Positions 54,054 through 64,000 of a DNA stretch of 64,000 bases are shown here, piece by piece; the stretch's first letter is position 1; every line of letters starts with the position of its first letter. Where the stretch lies: NCBI GenBank assembly GCA_050261675.1, contig JBLNDO010000043.1, positions 3,219-67,218 on the forward strand, written 5' to 3'. Below the pieces are notes generated by a model that worked only from the letters and a program-made list of their open reading frames with translations, was not told the DNA's origin and made no database searches. The stretch is from Bacillota bacterium. GTDB lineage: Bacteria; Pseudomonadota; Gammaproteobacteria; Natronospirales; REEB76. A program made the translations under genes and the position numbers.

Positions 54054-54057
<4 letters not shown>
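53170..54057 (-). CDS. PyrK-like FAD/[2Fe-2S] electron-transfer protein (dihydroorotate dehydrogenase B electron-transfer-subunit family)
   Basis: RRPMSI FAD motif, GGGVGIPP NAD motif, and C-terminal Cys cluster CAVGGCAGC..x..C. The start overlaps the pyrB stop codon. Confidence 0.8.
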
Positions 54058-54994
<937 letters not shown>

Positions 54995-54998
<4 letters not shown>

Positions 54999-55444
54999 GC
55001 GCGGCGTTCGCCGCGCTGGGAATTGAACCAGCTCTCCAGGATCACGCAGGCGGCCGAGGCATCGATGTCCTCGCGGGTGATGCGGCGCCGGCCTTGCTGG
55101 CGCCGCTCCTTGAGCTGCGCTTCCGCCTCGCGGGAAGACAGGCGTTCATCCACGGTGTGCACGGGCAATGGGAAGCGTTCGGAGAGTGCTTGGGCGAAGT
55201 GGCGGGCTTTCTGCGTCATGTCTTGCTCGCTTAGGTCCATATTATAGGGCAGACCCACCACCAGGTATGCAGGCCGCCATTCGCGGATGAGCTTGGCGAT
55301 GACCTCCCAGTCCGGCTCGCCGCCGCGTACCGCCACGATTCCGAGTGGCGAGGCGCTCCCCGTGAGGCTCTGGCCCACGGCGGCGCCGATGCGCTTCAAG
55401 CCGAAATCGAACCCGAGGGCGGTCTGCGGCGGGCTATCAGGCAT
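54995..55444 (-). CDS. ruvX: Holliday-junction-resolvase-like RNase YqgF/RuvX
   Basis: LGFDFGLKRIG.AVG; DER.SS.EA. Confidence 0.9.
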
Positions 55445-55997
55445 GGCCGGCGTCGTCCGATAGCAGGGACAGGTCCACGCCGATGAGGCGCGCGGCCGCC
55501 TGCCAGCGTTGTTCCACCGGCGTGTCGAAGATGATATGCGGGTCGGCGGGAGCCGAGAGCCAGGAGTTGCTCTTGAGCTCCTCCTCCAGCTGGCCCGCGG
55601 TCCAGCCGGCGTACCCCAAGGCTACGAAGCTCCGCTGGGGTCCCTTGCCCTCGGCCATCGCCGCGAGCACGTCGCGGGAGGTGGTGACCCCGAGGGAGTC
55701 GCCCACCTTCAGCGTCGCTTCCCATTGGCCGGGCGGCTCATGGATCACGAAGCCGCGCTCCGGCTGCACCGGACCGCCGAGGTAGACCGGCGTCGCGGCC
55801 GTGGCGCGGTCCTGGGCGGTGAGCGAGAGCTGTTTCAGTATGTCGTCCAGCACCACGTTCATGGGCCGGTTGATGACGATGCCGAGCGCGCCCTTGGCAT
55901 TGTGCTCGCAGATGAAGGTCACGCTCTCGCGGAAGTTTGGGTCTTCCAACGCGGGCATGGCCACCAGAAACTGGTTGGTCAAGAAGTCTTGAGCCAT
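55437..55997 (-). CDS. YqgE/AlgH family protein
   Basis: FLVAMP.L.DPNF..SV.FICEHN..GA.G.VINRP. Confidence 0.9.
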   Translation of the reverse strand: MAQDFLTNQFLVAMPALEDPNFRESVTFICEHNAKGALGIVINRPMNVVLDDILKQLSLTAQDRATAATPVYLGGPVQPERGFVIHEPPGQWEATLKVGDSLGVTTSRDVLAAMAEGKGPQRSFVALGYAGWTAGQLEEELKSNSWLSAPADPHIIFDTPVEQRWQAAARLIGVDLSLLSDDAGHA

Positions 55998-56038
55998 GCG
56001 GGTAGTATCTCACCCCGCACGCACGACACAAATCATCC

Positions 56039-57007
56039 TTACTTATTAATGGCTTGGGCGGAGCTGACGCCGGTGCGGAGCTTGCCGCCGTTGAAGCGCC
56101 AGACGTAAACGAAACTCAACACTGCGGTGTCGCGCTTGATATTGGCGGGGAACGGCGCGAACGGTGCCGCCATCTGCACGATGTGCAGCGCCGAATCGTC
56201 GAGCACCGGTTGTCCGGAGGGCTGGTTGAGGCTGAGGCCGCGGATGCTGCCGTCCGCGTTCACTGCGACTTCGAGCGCCAGTGAGCCCGAGAGATGCTTG
56301 GCGCGGATCTCCGCCGGGAAGTTCAGGTTGCCGATGTGCTCTACCTTGCGGCGCCAGGCGTCGAGGTAGGGCGCGAAGCGGGACTCGCGGGCGTTCACCG
56401 AGACGAAGGCGATGCGCGGATCCGGGCTCGTGGCCTGGGGCAACTCGAGGCCGTCCTCGTTCGGCATCAGCGCATCGTCGCCGGGCGTGAGGAGCCGCGC
56501 CACCATCACCTCCGGCTGCACGCTCATGGGTGCGGCGGAGCGCGCGTTCGCCGTCCGCCCGGTGAGCGCCGTGGTGGTGACGGCGGCCGCCCCATCGGGG
56601 TTGTTGCCGCTCCTGGCGTCCTGGTCCCGGCCGGGGGTCGCGTTCAGCCCCGCGTTGTCGAACAAGTCCGGCGCCTCCGGGCGCCCCTTGTTGTTCAGAG
56701 CCGCGGGCATGGAAAGCGGGCTTTCCGGCCGCACCAGTTCCTTGGTGTTGCCTTCGCCCCGCTGGTTCGCCTGGGCGATGTAGTCGGCTTCGGAAGGCGG
56801 CGAGACGCTGCGCGTCTGCACCATGGTGACCTCGAGGGTCGCGCTGCCGGACGGCTTGTCCGGCGTGAAGGTGATGCCGAGGATCACCACGCCGTGGATG
56901 AGCGCGGCGAAGAACAGCGTGGTCACCAGCCGGTCGCGCGCCGTGACTGCCGGCGACTCCAGGGTGCCGCGGGGCAGGGGGCGGCGGGCGCGCACCACCG
57001 CGTTCAC
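56039..57007 (-). CDS. TonB-C-terminal-domain protein (TonB3-like)
   Basis: N-terminal TM anchor. C-terminal YP..A......G...L.V.V..DG.....L..SSG...LD.AA...V-type TonB C-terminal domain. It sits in the position occupied by tonB3 in Pseudomonas. Confidence 0.7.
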   Translation of the reverse strand: MNAVVRARRPLPRGTLESPAVTARDRLVTTLFFAALIHGVVILGITFTPDKPSGSATLEVTMVQTRSVSPPSEADYIAQANQRGEGNTKELVRPESPLSMPAALNNKGRPEAPDLFDNAGLNATPGRDQDARSGNNPDGAAAVTTTALTGRTANARSAAPMSVQPEVMVARLLTPGDDALMPNEDGLELPQATSPDPRIAFVSVNARESRFAPYLDAWRRKVEHIGNLNFPAEIRAKHLSGSLALEVAVNADGSIRGLSLNQPSGQPVLDDSALHIVQMAAPFAPFPANIKRDTAVLSFVYVWRFNGGKLRTGVSSAQAINK

Positions 57008-57966
57008 GGCTTGAGCTTCTTCGCCAGGGCGTTCATGAGGTCACCGGCGATATCGAGCTTGTAGATCTTGTCCAGTTCGCGGATGCAGGTGGGGCTCGTG
57101 ACGTTGATTTCCGTGAGCCAGTCGCCGATCACGTCCAGCCCCACGAAGCTGAGGCCCTTGTCCTTCAGCACCGGCGCCACCTGTGTGCAGATCCAGCGGT
57201 CGCGTTCCGTGAGCGGGACCCCGACGCCGGTGCCGCCCGCCGCCAGATTGCCGCGGGACTCACCCGGCGCCGGCACGCGTGCGAGGGCGTAGGGCACGGG
57301 TTCCCCGTCGATGAGCAGGATGCGCTTGTCGCCGGCCTTGATCTCGGGGATGTACTTCTGCGCCACGGCGAGCTTCTGGCCCAGTTGCGTCAGGGTTTCC
57401 AGCACCACCGAGGTATTGGAATCCCCCTGCTCGAGCACGAACACCATCACGCCGCCCATGCCGTCGAGCGGCTTGACCACGATCTTCCTGTGCTCGGCGA
57501 GGAAGCCGCGGATGCGGCCCATATCGCGGGTGATGAGCGTGGGCGGGCAGCACTGGGGGAACCAGGCCGTGAAGGCCTTCTCGTTCGCGTCCCGAAGCGC
57601 CTGCGGGCGGTTCACCACCGTGACCCCGTCCGCCTCGGCCCGCTCCAGGATGTACGTGCTGGAGACGTATTCCATGTCGAAGGGCGGGTCCTTGCGCATC
57701 AAGACCAGGTCCAGGTCCTTGAGCGCGCCATCCTCCTCGCCGTCCAGGCTGTACCAGTCCTCCGGGTCATCCTGGACCTTGAGGGAACGGCGTCTCCCCC
57801 GGGCTTGGCCCTGGGCCAGATACAGGTCGGCCTGCTCCATGTAGGAGAGCCGCCAGCCCCGCGCCTGGGCCGCCAACAGCATGGCGAGGGTGCTGTCCTT
57901 GGCGGGCTTGATGGACCCGATGGGGTCCATGACGACCCCCAGGGAAATGGGGCGGCTTTTGGCCAT
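57004..57966 (-). CDS. gshB: glutathione synthetase
   Basis: MDPI..I...KDST.AML..AQ.RG; ATP-grasp region VVKPLDGMGG; GD.R.L..DGEP. Confidence 0.92.
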   Translation of the reverse strand: MAKSRPISLGVVMDPIGSIKPAKDSTLAMLLAAQARGWRLSYMEQADLYLAQGQARGRRRSLKVQDDPEDWYSLDGEEDGALKDLDLVLMRKDPPFDMEYVSSTYILERAEADGVTVVNRPQALRDANEKAFTAWFPQCCPPTLITRDMGRIRGFLAEHRKIVVKPLDGMGGVMVFVLEQGDSNTSVVLETLTQLGQKLAVAQKYIPEIKAGDKRILLIDGEPVPYALARVPAPGESRGNLAAGGTGVGVPLTERDRWICTQVAPVLKDKGLSFVGLDVIGDWLTEINVTSPTCIRELDKIYKLDIAGDLMNALAKKLKP

Positions 57967-58196
57967 GTTTACCTGTCCCCTCCGGGTCCCGGGCGGGTGG
58001 TCCGCCCGGTGCTGAAATTTATTGCATTCAAGGGATTAAGCGCGGATATTATGCTCGAAGTCCAAGTTTTGACAGTGAGCCGTGAGGCCCAGGCATTGGC
58101 CCTAAAACGGGGACTTCGGCCCGGCCCCATAGGCATAATATGTCAAGGCTGCCCCGCCTCGGCGCGGCGGCAAGGGGTGTATGCGCGGAGGTGACG

Positions 58197-58601
58197 GTGG
58201 CTAGCGATAATCCGGATGGCGGTCTCCAGGGACTCAAGGTCCTGGTGATCGACGATAGCAAGACGATCCGCAAGACGGCGGAGACGTTGCTGTCCAAGGA
58301 GGGATGCGAAGTGGTCACGGCCGTGGACGGCTTCGAGGCGCTTTCCAAGATCGCCGATCACAAGCCGGACATCATCTTCGTGGACATCATGATGCCGCGC
58401 CTGGACGGCTACCAGACCTGCGCGCTCATCAAACACAACCACAATTTCAAGGCGACCCCGGTGATCATGCTGTCCAGCAAGGACGGCCTGTTCGACCGCG
58501 CGCGCGGCCGCATCGTCGGCTCCGAGCAGTATCTGACCAAGCCTTTCACGAAAGACGAACTGGTGGGCGCGATACACCGCCACGTGCGGAAGTCCGCCTG
58601 A
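58197..58601 (+). CDS. pilG: CheY-like response regulator PilG
   Basis: KVLVIDDSKTIRKTAETLL..DIIFVDIMMPRLDGYQTCALIK..YLTKPF is very close to my recollection of P. aeruginosa PilG. GTG 58197 has GGAG 6 nt upstream. The ORF track starts at 58140. Confidence 0.85.
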   Translation: MASDNPDGGLQGLKVLVIDDSKTIRKTAETLLSKEGCEVVTAVDGFEALSKIADHKPDIIFVDIMMPRLDGYQTCALIKHNHNFKATPVIMLSSKDGLFDRARGRIVGSEQYLTKPFTKDELVGAIHRHVRKSA

Positions 58602-58653
58602 TTTCAGGCGCCCGGGTGGAGCCGGGCGTCGCGCAACAGAGGAAGAAGTAGTT

Positions 58654-59019
58654 ATGTCGACCGTGCTCATCATTGACGACTCGCCGACCGAGGTGCATGT
58701 GCTAAAGACGTGGCTGGAGAAGAACGGCTTCAGCACCATTACCGCGGAGAGCGGCGAAGAAGGCATCGAAAAGGCCAAGGCCGAGAAGCCGGACGCCATC
58801 ATCATGGACGTGGTGATGCCGGGCATGAGCGGTTTCCAGGCCACGCGTCAGCTCTCCAAGGATCCGGACACCTCCCGCATCCCGGTGGTGATGGTCACCA
58901 CCAAGGACCAGGAGACCGACAAGATCTGGGGCATGCGTCAGGGGGCCGTGGCCTACCTGCCGAAGCCGGTCACCGAGAAGCAGCTGGTGGACAAGATCAA
59001 GGAAGTGATCGCGGGATAA
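58654..59019 (+). CDS. pilH: CheY-like response regulator PilH
   Basis: VLIIDDSPTE..IIMDVVMPGMSGFQATR..YL.KP. Confidence 0.85.
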   Translation: MSTVLIIDDSPTEVHVLKTWLEKNGFSTITAESGEEGIEKAKAEKPDAIIMDVVMPGMSGFQATRQLSKDPDTSRIPVVMVTTKDQETDKIWGMRQGAVAYLPKPVTEKQLVDKIKEVIAG

Positions 59020-59022
59020 GCC

Positions 59023-59577
59023 ATGGCAAGCGCGCTCCTCGAACTCCGCGAACGCCCCTTCGAGCTCCTGCAGGAACTCGAGCGGCGCAGCCGCATCGCC
59101 GCCTCGGGCCGCGGTCAGGAAGCGGCGCAGCAGGAGGAATGGGTGGGCGTGGGTTTCCGCGTGGGCAAGACGCGCCTCGTGGCGGCACGCCAGGAAGTGC
59201 GCGAAGTGCTGGTGTGGCCCGGCGTCACCGCGCTGCCCGGCGCCAAGCCCTGGTTGCTCGGCCTCGCCAACGTGCGCGGCCAGTTGCTGCCGATCACGGA
59301 CCTGGGCGCCTTCTTCGGCGGCGAGGCGACGCCCATCGGGCGTTCGACGCGCGTCTTGATGGTGAACCACGGGGACATTCCCGCGGGCTTGCTGGTGGAT
59401 GAGGTGCGCGGCTTCCGCCGCTTCATCGCCTCCGACAAGGCCGAGGTGATGCCGGAGACGCTGCCGGGCATGACGCCGTTCCTGTCCGGTGCCTACGGGA
59501 CGGATGAAGAAGTTTGGGGCGTGCTGGGTCTGCACGGGCTCGTAGAGAGCGCCGTGTTCCTGCAGGCTTCGCGGTGA
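59023..59577 (+). CDS. pilI: CheW-like coupling protein PilI
   Basis: CheW-like fold (..GLANVRGQLLPITDLG..) immediately after pilH. Confidence 0.8.
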   Translation: MASALLELRERPFELLQELERRSRIAASGRGQEAAQQEEWVGVGFRVGKTRLVAARQEVREVLVWPGVTALPGAKPWLLGLANVRGQLLPITDLGAFFGGEATPIGRSTRVLMVNHGDIPAGLLVDEVRGFRRFIASDKAEVMPETLPGMTPFLSGAYGTDEEVWGVLGLHGLVESAVFLQASR

Positions 59578-59659
59578 CAGATCATGGCGCGCGGACTGAG
59601 CCGCACGCGCGCCTTGGGATGTGCGGATACAGGCTCCATAAATCGTAGGGTGAACCTAT

Positions 59660-61726
59660 ATGGCCGATAACGAGAAGCGATCCAACACACCCCTGGTGGT
59701 CCTGCTGTTGTTGTTCGCATCGTCGCTGGGCTTGGCGGTGTGGAACTCCGTGCAGGTGGGCCTGTACGCCACCCGCGACAAGGAATTCCGCAATCTCGCC
59801 TCGCAGCAGTCGCTGATTTCCCAGAGCGTCGTGCGCGCCGCGGACGAAGCCGTGGCCGGCAACCAGGACGCGTTCCAGCAGCTCGCCAATTCGCGCGACC
59901 AGTTCGATAACAGCATCAACCTGATGGGCAACGGCGACCCGCAGACGCTGATGCCCGCCGCCACGGGCGAGGTGCTGTCGGAATTGAACGTGCTCCAGAG
60001 CCAGTGGTCCCAGGTGAAGACCGCCCTGCAGACGGTGCTCTCGGCCAAGGACCAGCTGTTGGTGGCGAACCAGTCCGCCGCCGGCATCCGCCAGACCATG
60101 CCGGACCTCTTGAAGGCCTGGGACGCCTTCGCCGACGAAGCCAACAAGCGCAACGGCGGCCGCAACATGGTTTATTACGCAACCAAGCAGGGCTATTACG
60201 GCCAGGTAATCCTGCGCGACGTGAACCTGCTGACCACCGGCGGCCACGGCGACATCTCGGCGGTGGCCCAGGAGCTGCCGGACAGCATCCAGGCCTTCAC
60301 CCGCATCACCCGCGGCATGCTGGATGGGAATCCGCAACTCGGGCTCTCGCCCGTGACCGACTCCGCGCTTCTGCCGCTGCTGCAGCAGGTGAACGCGCGG
60401 TTCAACGCCCTCAACAACAACCTGAATTCCCTGACGCCGATGATCGGCCTCCTGACCAGCGTGGCCAAGGCCAACGGCACCATCCACGACCTGAGCGACC
60501 AGCTCCTCACCAACGCCCAGGCCATCAGCACCAGCTACGAGCGCAACGTAAGCGAACGCATCTGGAGGCCCTCCGTGGGCTACGTGCTGTTCGGCCTGGC
60601 CGTGCTGTGGCTGCTCCTGGTGCTGTGGCGCTACGTGCTCGGCGGCGATGCCCGGCGCGCGGCCCAGATGCAGCAGGAGACCAACGAACGAAACCAGCAG
60701 GCCATTCTGCGGTTGCTGGACGAACTCGGTTCCCTGGCCGACGGCGACCTCACCGTGCAAGTGACCGTGACCGAGGACATCACCGGCGCCATCGCGGACT
60801 CCATCAACTACGCCCTCGAGGCGCTGCGCGGCCTGGTGGCGACCATCAACGACACTGCGGTGCAGGTGGACGCCGCCGCCCGCCAGACGCAGGCGACCAC
60901 CACCCACCTCGCCGAAGCCTCCGTGAACCAGTCGAAGCAGATCAACACCGCCTCGCAGTCCATCACCGAGATGGCGAAGTCCATCGAACAGGTGTCCGCC
61001 AACGCCGAACGCTCGGCGAAGGTGGCCGCGCAGTCCGTGGAAATCGCGCACAAGGGCGGCCAAGCGGTGCGCCGCACGATCGACGGCATGAACTCGATTC
61101 GTGAAACGATTCAGGAAACCTCGAAGCGCATCAAGCGACTCGGCGAATCCTCGCAGGAAATCGGCGACATCGTTGAACTCATCAACGACATCGCGGAACA
61201 GACGAACATCCTGGCCTTGAACGCGGCCATTCAGGCATCCATGGCCGGCGAAGCGGGCCGCGGTTTCGCGGTGGTGGCGGACGAAGTGCAACGCCTCGCA
61301 GAACGTTCCGCCAACGCCACGCGGCAGATCGAAGCGCTGGTGAAGACCATTCAAACCGACACGAACGAAGCGGTCATCTCCATGGAGCAATCGACCGCGG
61401 GCGTGGTGGGCGGAGCGCAGCTCGCTGAAAACGCCGGTTCCGCACTGGACGAAATAGAAAAGGTGGCGAACCACATCGCCACGCTGGTGCAGAGCATCTC
61501 CAACGCCGCCCGCCAGCAGGCGCACACGGCCGGCGAGGTGTCCCGCACCATGAACGTGATTCGCGAGATCACCGCGCAGACCACCGAGGGCACCAACGCC
61601 ACGGCCGTGAGCGTAGGCAAGCTCGCCGCGCTCGCCACTGAGATGAGAAAGTCGGTCGCCGGCTTCAAACTGCCCAGCAACCGCAGCCAGGAGACCCTGG
61701 TGATGCGTCCGGACCAGGCGGCCTGA
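59660..61726 (+). CDS. pilJ: methyl-accepting chemotaxis protein PilJ
   Basis: N-terminal TM, periplasmic domain, TM, HAMP, and the conserved signalling hairpin EIGDIVELINDIAEQTNILALNAAIQASMAGEAGRGFAVVADEVQRLAERS. Confidence 0.88.
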   Translation: MADNEKRSNTPLVVLLLLFASSLGLAVWNSVQVGLYATRDKEFRNLASQQSLISQSVVRAADEAVAGNQDAFQQLANSRDQFDNSINLMGNGDPQTLMPAATGEVLSELNVLQSQWSQVKTALQTVLSAKDQLLVANQSAAGIRQTMPDLLKAWDAFADEANKRNGGRNMVYYATKQGYYGQVILRDVNLLTTGGHGDISAVAQELPDSIQAFTRITRGMLDGNPQLGLSPVTDSALLPLLQQVNARFNALNNNLNSLTPMIGLLTSVAKANGTIHDLSDQLLTNAQAISTSYERNVSERIWRPSVGYVLFGLAVLWLLLVLWRYVLGGDARRAAQMQQETNERNQQAILRLLDELGSLADGDLTVQVTVTEDITGAIADSINYALEALRGLVATINDTAVQVDAAARQTQATTTHLAEASVNQSKQINTASQSITEMAKSIEQVSANAERSAKVAAQSVEIAHKGGQAVRRTIDGMNSIRETIQETSKRIKRLGESSQEIGDIVELINDIAEQTNILALNAAIQASMAGEAGRGFAVVADEVQRLAERSANATRQIEALVKTIQTDTNEAVISMEQSTAGVVGGAQLAENAGSALDEIEKVANHIATLVQSISNAARQQAHTAGEVSRTMNVIREITAQTTEGTNATAVSVGKLAALATEMRKSVAGFKLPSNRSQETLVMRPDQAA

Positions 61727-61757
61727 GCGGCGCAGGCAGGGGAGACGTCAGGCAGCC

Positions 61758-64000
61758 ATGAGCCAGGTCGCGTCAGACTCGCTGCTGTGGATCAAGAACG
61801 AACTTGATCACACGCTGGTGCGCGCGCGCCAAGCGCTCGAAACCTATGTCGAGAAGGCCGACGACAAGGAAGCCCTGACCCAGTGCCTTGAGCTCCTGCA
61901 CCAGGTGCAGGGCACGCTGCGCATCGTCGAGGTCTATGGCGCGGCGATGCTGGCCGAGGAGATGGAAGCCGTGGTGCGCGGCTTCGACTCGGGCGAGGTG
62001 GCGCGCAACGACGCCGCCTTCGAAGTGCTGATGCGCGCCATGCTGCAACTCCCGGACTACCTGGAGCGCGTCATCGGCGGCCGGCGTGACATGCCGCTGG
62101 CTCTGCTCTCGCTCCTGAACGACCTGCGTACCGTGCGCAAGCAGCCCCTGCTCTCGGAGAGCACGCTGTTCGCCTACAATCTGGCCGGCCGCAGCACCGC
62201 TAGCATGGCGGCGCAGACGCAGCCTGCCAAGGCGGTGGACATCAAGGGGCTCGCCGCCAAGATGCGCCCCAAGTTCCAGGCGGCGCTGCTAGGCTGGTAC
62301 AAGGGCGACGACGCTGACAAGCACCTGGCGGTGCTGGCCGATTCCGCCGAGAAGTTGGAGCAGGCCGCCACCACCCCGGGCGTGTTCGAGCTCTGGTGGA
62401 TCGTGGGCGGAATCATCGAGGGCCTGCGCGAGGGCGGCATCCAGGCGGACGTGAGCCTGAAGCAGCTCCTGGGCCAGGTCGACCGCCAGATGAAGAAGCT
62501 CATGGAGCAGGGCGAGGCGGCGACCGCCGAGGAGACCGCCCAGGAGCTCGTCAACAACCTGCTGTATTACATCGGCCGCGCCACTACGGCGGGCAAGCGC
62601 ATCCTCGCCATCAAGGATTCCTTCAAGCTCGGCGAGCTCCTGCCCCAGGAGGCGGAGGTCGCCGAGGCCCGCGAGAGCCTCTCCGGGCCGAACGTGAACC
62701 TGATGCGCACCGTGTCCGGCGCCATCCACGAGGACATCGCGCGCATCAAGGACACCCTCGACATCTTCGTGCGCATGGGCAAGTCGGACACCGCCGAGCT
62801 CAGCCCCCTGGACGAACTCATCAAGAAGGTCGGCGACACCCTCACCGTGCTCGGGCTGCCCGAGCTCAACCAGGAGCTCGACGCCCAGCGCAAGAACCTG
62901 CAGAAGATCCTCTACGCCAAGAAGGCGCCCGACGAAGCCGCGCTCATGGACATCGCGGCCGGCATCGTCAAGGTGGAAGCCGGCCTGGACGAGGCCGTCA
63001 CCGAACTCGTGGCCCCGGAGGGCAAGGGCGGGGCGCGGGATTCCTCGGCCCAGACGGACATGCGCGAGGTCCAGGCGGCGGTCATCCGCGAATCCATCAT
63101 CAACATGGCGCGGGTCAAGGAAGCCATTGTCGAATACGTCAACGACCCCACGCGCCGCGAGGTGCTGCAGCCCCTGCCGCACCACATCCGCGAGATCCAG
63201 GCGAGCTTCCGCTTCCTGGACATGCCGCGGGTGGTGGCGCTCCTGCTCAGCCTGCGCCAGTACATCCTGAAGAAGCTCCTGGTCGGGAAGGGCGTGCCGG
63301 CGCAGAACGAGCTCGACCGCATGGCGGACGCCATCGTCAGCATGGAGTTCTACCTCGAGACGGTGCAGCAGGGCCGCGGCAACCCGGTCTCCATGCTGGA
63401 CAACGCCGAAGCCTGCGTCTCGGCGCTCGGCTTCCCGGTCGGCCAGGAATACCCGGAGGAGGACGAGCCTTCGTTCACCGGTTCGGGCACGGGCACCGAG
63501 AGCGGCAGCGAGATCCCGGTGCCGGAGAACATCGAGGTGTCGGAGGAAGCGCCGGAAGCCGAGGGCATCACGCTCTCCGAGGGCGAGCCGGGCGAACCGA
63601 CCCTCATGAAGGAGGAGCCGACCTTGACGGTGCCGGCCGCCGCCGCTCCCAAGGTCATGCCCCAGAAGCCGGCCGCGCCGAAGGCGCCGCCACCCGCCCA
63701 GGCCGCGCCCGCGGTGGTGGTGGCGGAGGACGTGGACCCTGAAATCGTGGAGATCTTCCTGGAAGAGGCCCAGGAGGAGATGAATTCGCTACGCGAGACC
63801 TTCCCGCGCTGGCGCAGCAACCCGGCTGACCGCGAGGCCTTGACCACGCTGCGCCGCTCGTTCCACACCCTCAAGGGCAGCGGCCGCATGGTCGGCGCGC
63901 GCCTCATCGGCGAGTTCGCCTGGTCCTTCGAGAACATGCTCAACCGGGTCATCGACCAGACGGTGCAGCCGACGGACGACATGTTCGCGCTCATCGACAT
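61758..64000 (+). CDS. chpA: ChpA/PilL multi-Hpt hybrid histidine kinase, N-terminal part (continues past window end)
   Basis: The frame is open to the window end, so it is absent from the ORF track. My translation is MSQVASDSLLWIKNELDHTLVRARQALETYVE.., with a Pro/Ala/Glu linker and then an Hpt motif RSFHTLKGSGRMVGA at about 63.85 kb. Confidence 0.85.
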   Translation, partial: MSQVASDSLLWIKNELDHTLVRARQALETYVEKADDKEALTQCLELLHQVQGTLRIVEVYGAAMLAEEMEAVVRGFDSGEVARNDAAFEVLMRAMLQLPDYLERVIGGRRDMPLALLSLLNDLRTVRKQPLLSESTLFAYNLAGRSTASMAAQTQPAKAVDIKGLAAKMRPKFQAALLGWYKGDDADKHLAVLADSAEKLEQAATTPGVFELWWIVGGIIEGLREGGIQADVSLKQLLGQVDRQMKKLMEQGEAATAEETAQELVNNLLYYIGRATTAGKRILAIKDSFKLGELLPQEAEVAEARESLSGPNVNLMRTVSGAIHEDIARIKDTLDIFVRMGKSDTAELSPLDELIKKVGDTLTVLGLPELNQELDAQRKNLQKILYAKKAPDEAALMDIAAGIVKVEAGLDEAVTELVAPEGKGGARDSSAQTDMREVQAAVIRESIINMARVKEAIVEYVNDPTRREVLQPLPHHIREIQASFRFLDMPRVVALLLSLRQYILKKLLVGKGVPAQNELDRMADAIVSMEFYLETVQQGRGNPVSMLDNAEACVSALGFPVGQEYPEEDEPSFTGSGTGTESGSEIPVPENIEVSEEAPEAEGITLSEGEPGEPTLMKEEPTLTVPAAAAPKVMPQKPAAPKAPPPAQAAPAVVVAEDVDPEIVEIFLEEAQEEMNSLRETFPRWRSNPADREALTTLRRSFHTLKGSGRMVGARLIGEFAWSFENMLNRVIDQTVQPTDDMFALID

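Noticed and set aside
58140-58196. 19-codon N-terminal extension of pilG in the ORF track (MSRLPRLGAAARGVCAEVT).
   Set aside because: It is not matched by the PilG N-terminus I recall. GTG 58197 has a well-spaced GGAG. The true start remains uncertain, so the extension is not excluded.
59582-61525. 647-aa minus-strand ORF antisense to pilJ. The same applies to ORFs 8318..9760, 40663..42324, 45582..47006 and 20934..22391 on the minus strand, and 20924..22372 on the plus strand.
   Set aside because: All are antisense or off-frame shadows of genes with strong family signatures. Their translations are Arg/Pro/Gly-rich with no recognisable motifs.
63470-63720. Repetitive-looking GAG/CCG/GCC-rich stretch.
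   Set aside because: It is in frame within chpA and encodes a Glu/Pro/Ala-rich inter-domain linker. It is not a nucleotide tandem repeat or a CRISPR array.

Overview
High-G+C, gene-dense proteobacterial chromosomal segment of about 75 protein genes. Many genes are joined by 4-nt ATGA/GTGA overlaps. By reading both strands I found no rRNA, tRNA, CRISPR array, transposase, integrase or recognisable phage or defence gene.

Right half (44.3-64 kb): this matches the gene order I recall from Pseudomonas, namely yggU-yggT-proC-yggS | pilT-pilU ... pyrB-ruvX-algH-tonB3-like-gshB | pilG-pilH-pilI-pilJ-chpA (type IV pilus retraction ATPases plus the Pil-Chp chemosensory system). Three things differ here: an extra pilU-like ATPase, a visibly low-G+C insert (S9 peptidase plus lipoprotein), and a PyrK-like gene coupled to pyrB.

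Left half (1-44 kb): mixed housekeeping and envelope genes.
- Proteases, chaperones and metabolism: tricorn-like protease (partial), Skp-like chaperone, threonine aldolase, FAH-family protein, deoxyhypusine-synthase-like protein, D-2-hydroxyacid dehydrogenase.
- DNA repair: Ada/AlkA fusion plus Ogt.
- Envelope and lipid: two MAPEG proteins, the divergent ybbA-ybbP / tesA unit, and a lipid-modification cluster (di-iron desaturase-like | FAD oxidoreductase-DUF1365-CFA-synthase-like).
- Others: fadD, murI, an APC permease, mtgA, two tandem monohaem cytochromes c, msrB, an AlaX-like protein, ornithine aminotransferase, two beta-barrel outer-membrane proteins, TerB and HU.

I see no convincing self-contained novel multi-gene system in this window. 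The best leads, all modest, are:
1. A run of five different hairpins, including a perfect 34-bp palindrome that overlaps the yggS stop codon (46.14-46.30 kb).
2. An extended ybbAP/tesA lipid-handling module with a translationally coupled orphan lipoprotein and an ICMT-like membrane methyltransferase.
3. A 126-nt rod-like hairpin in the 37.0-37.1 kb intergenic region.
4. Two low-G+C inserts (7.27-7.77 kb and 50.47-53.15 kb), the first bordered by a 123-bp inverted-repeat element.
5. A 16-bp all-A/T perfect palindrome carrying TATAAT on both strands, upstream of an orphan lipoprotein that has a distant paralogue in the second insert.

All functional calls rest on my own motif and family recognition from the translations. 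No database search was run.
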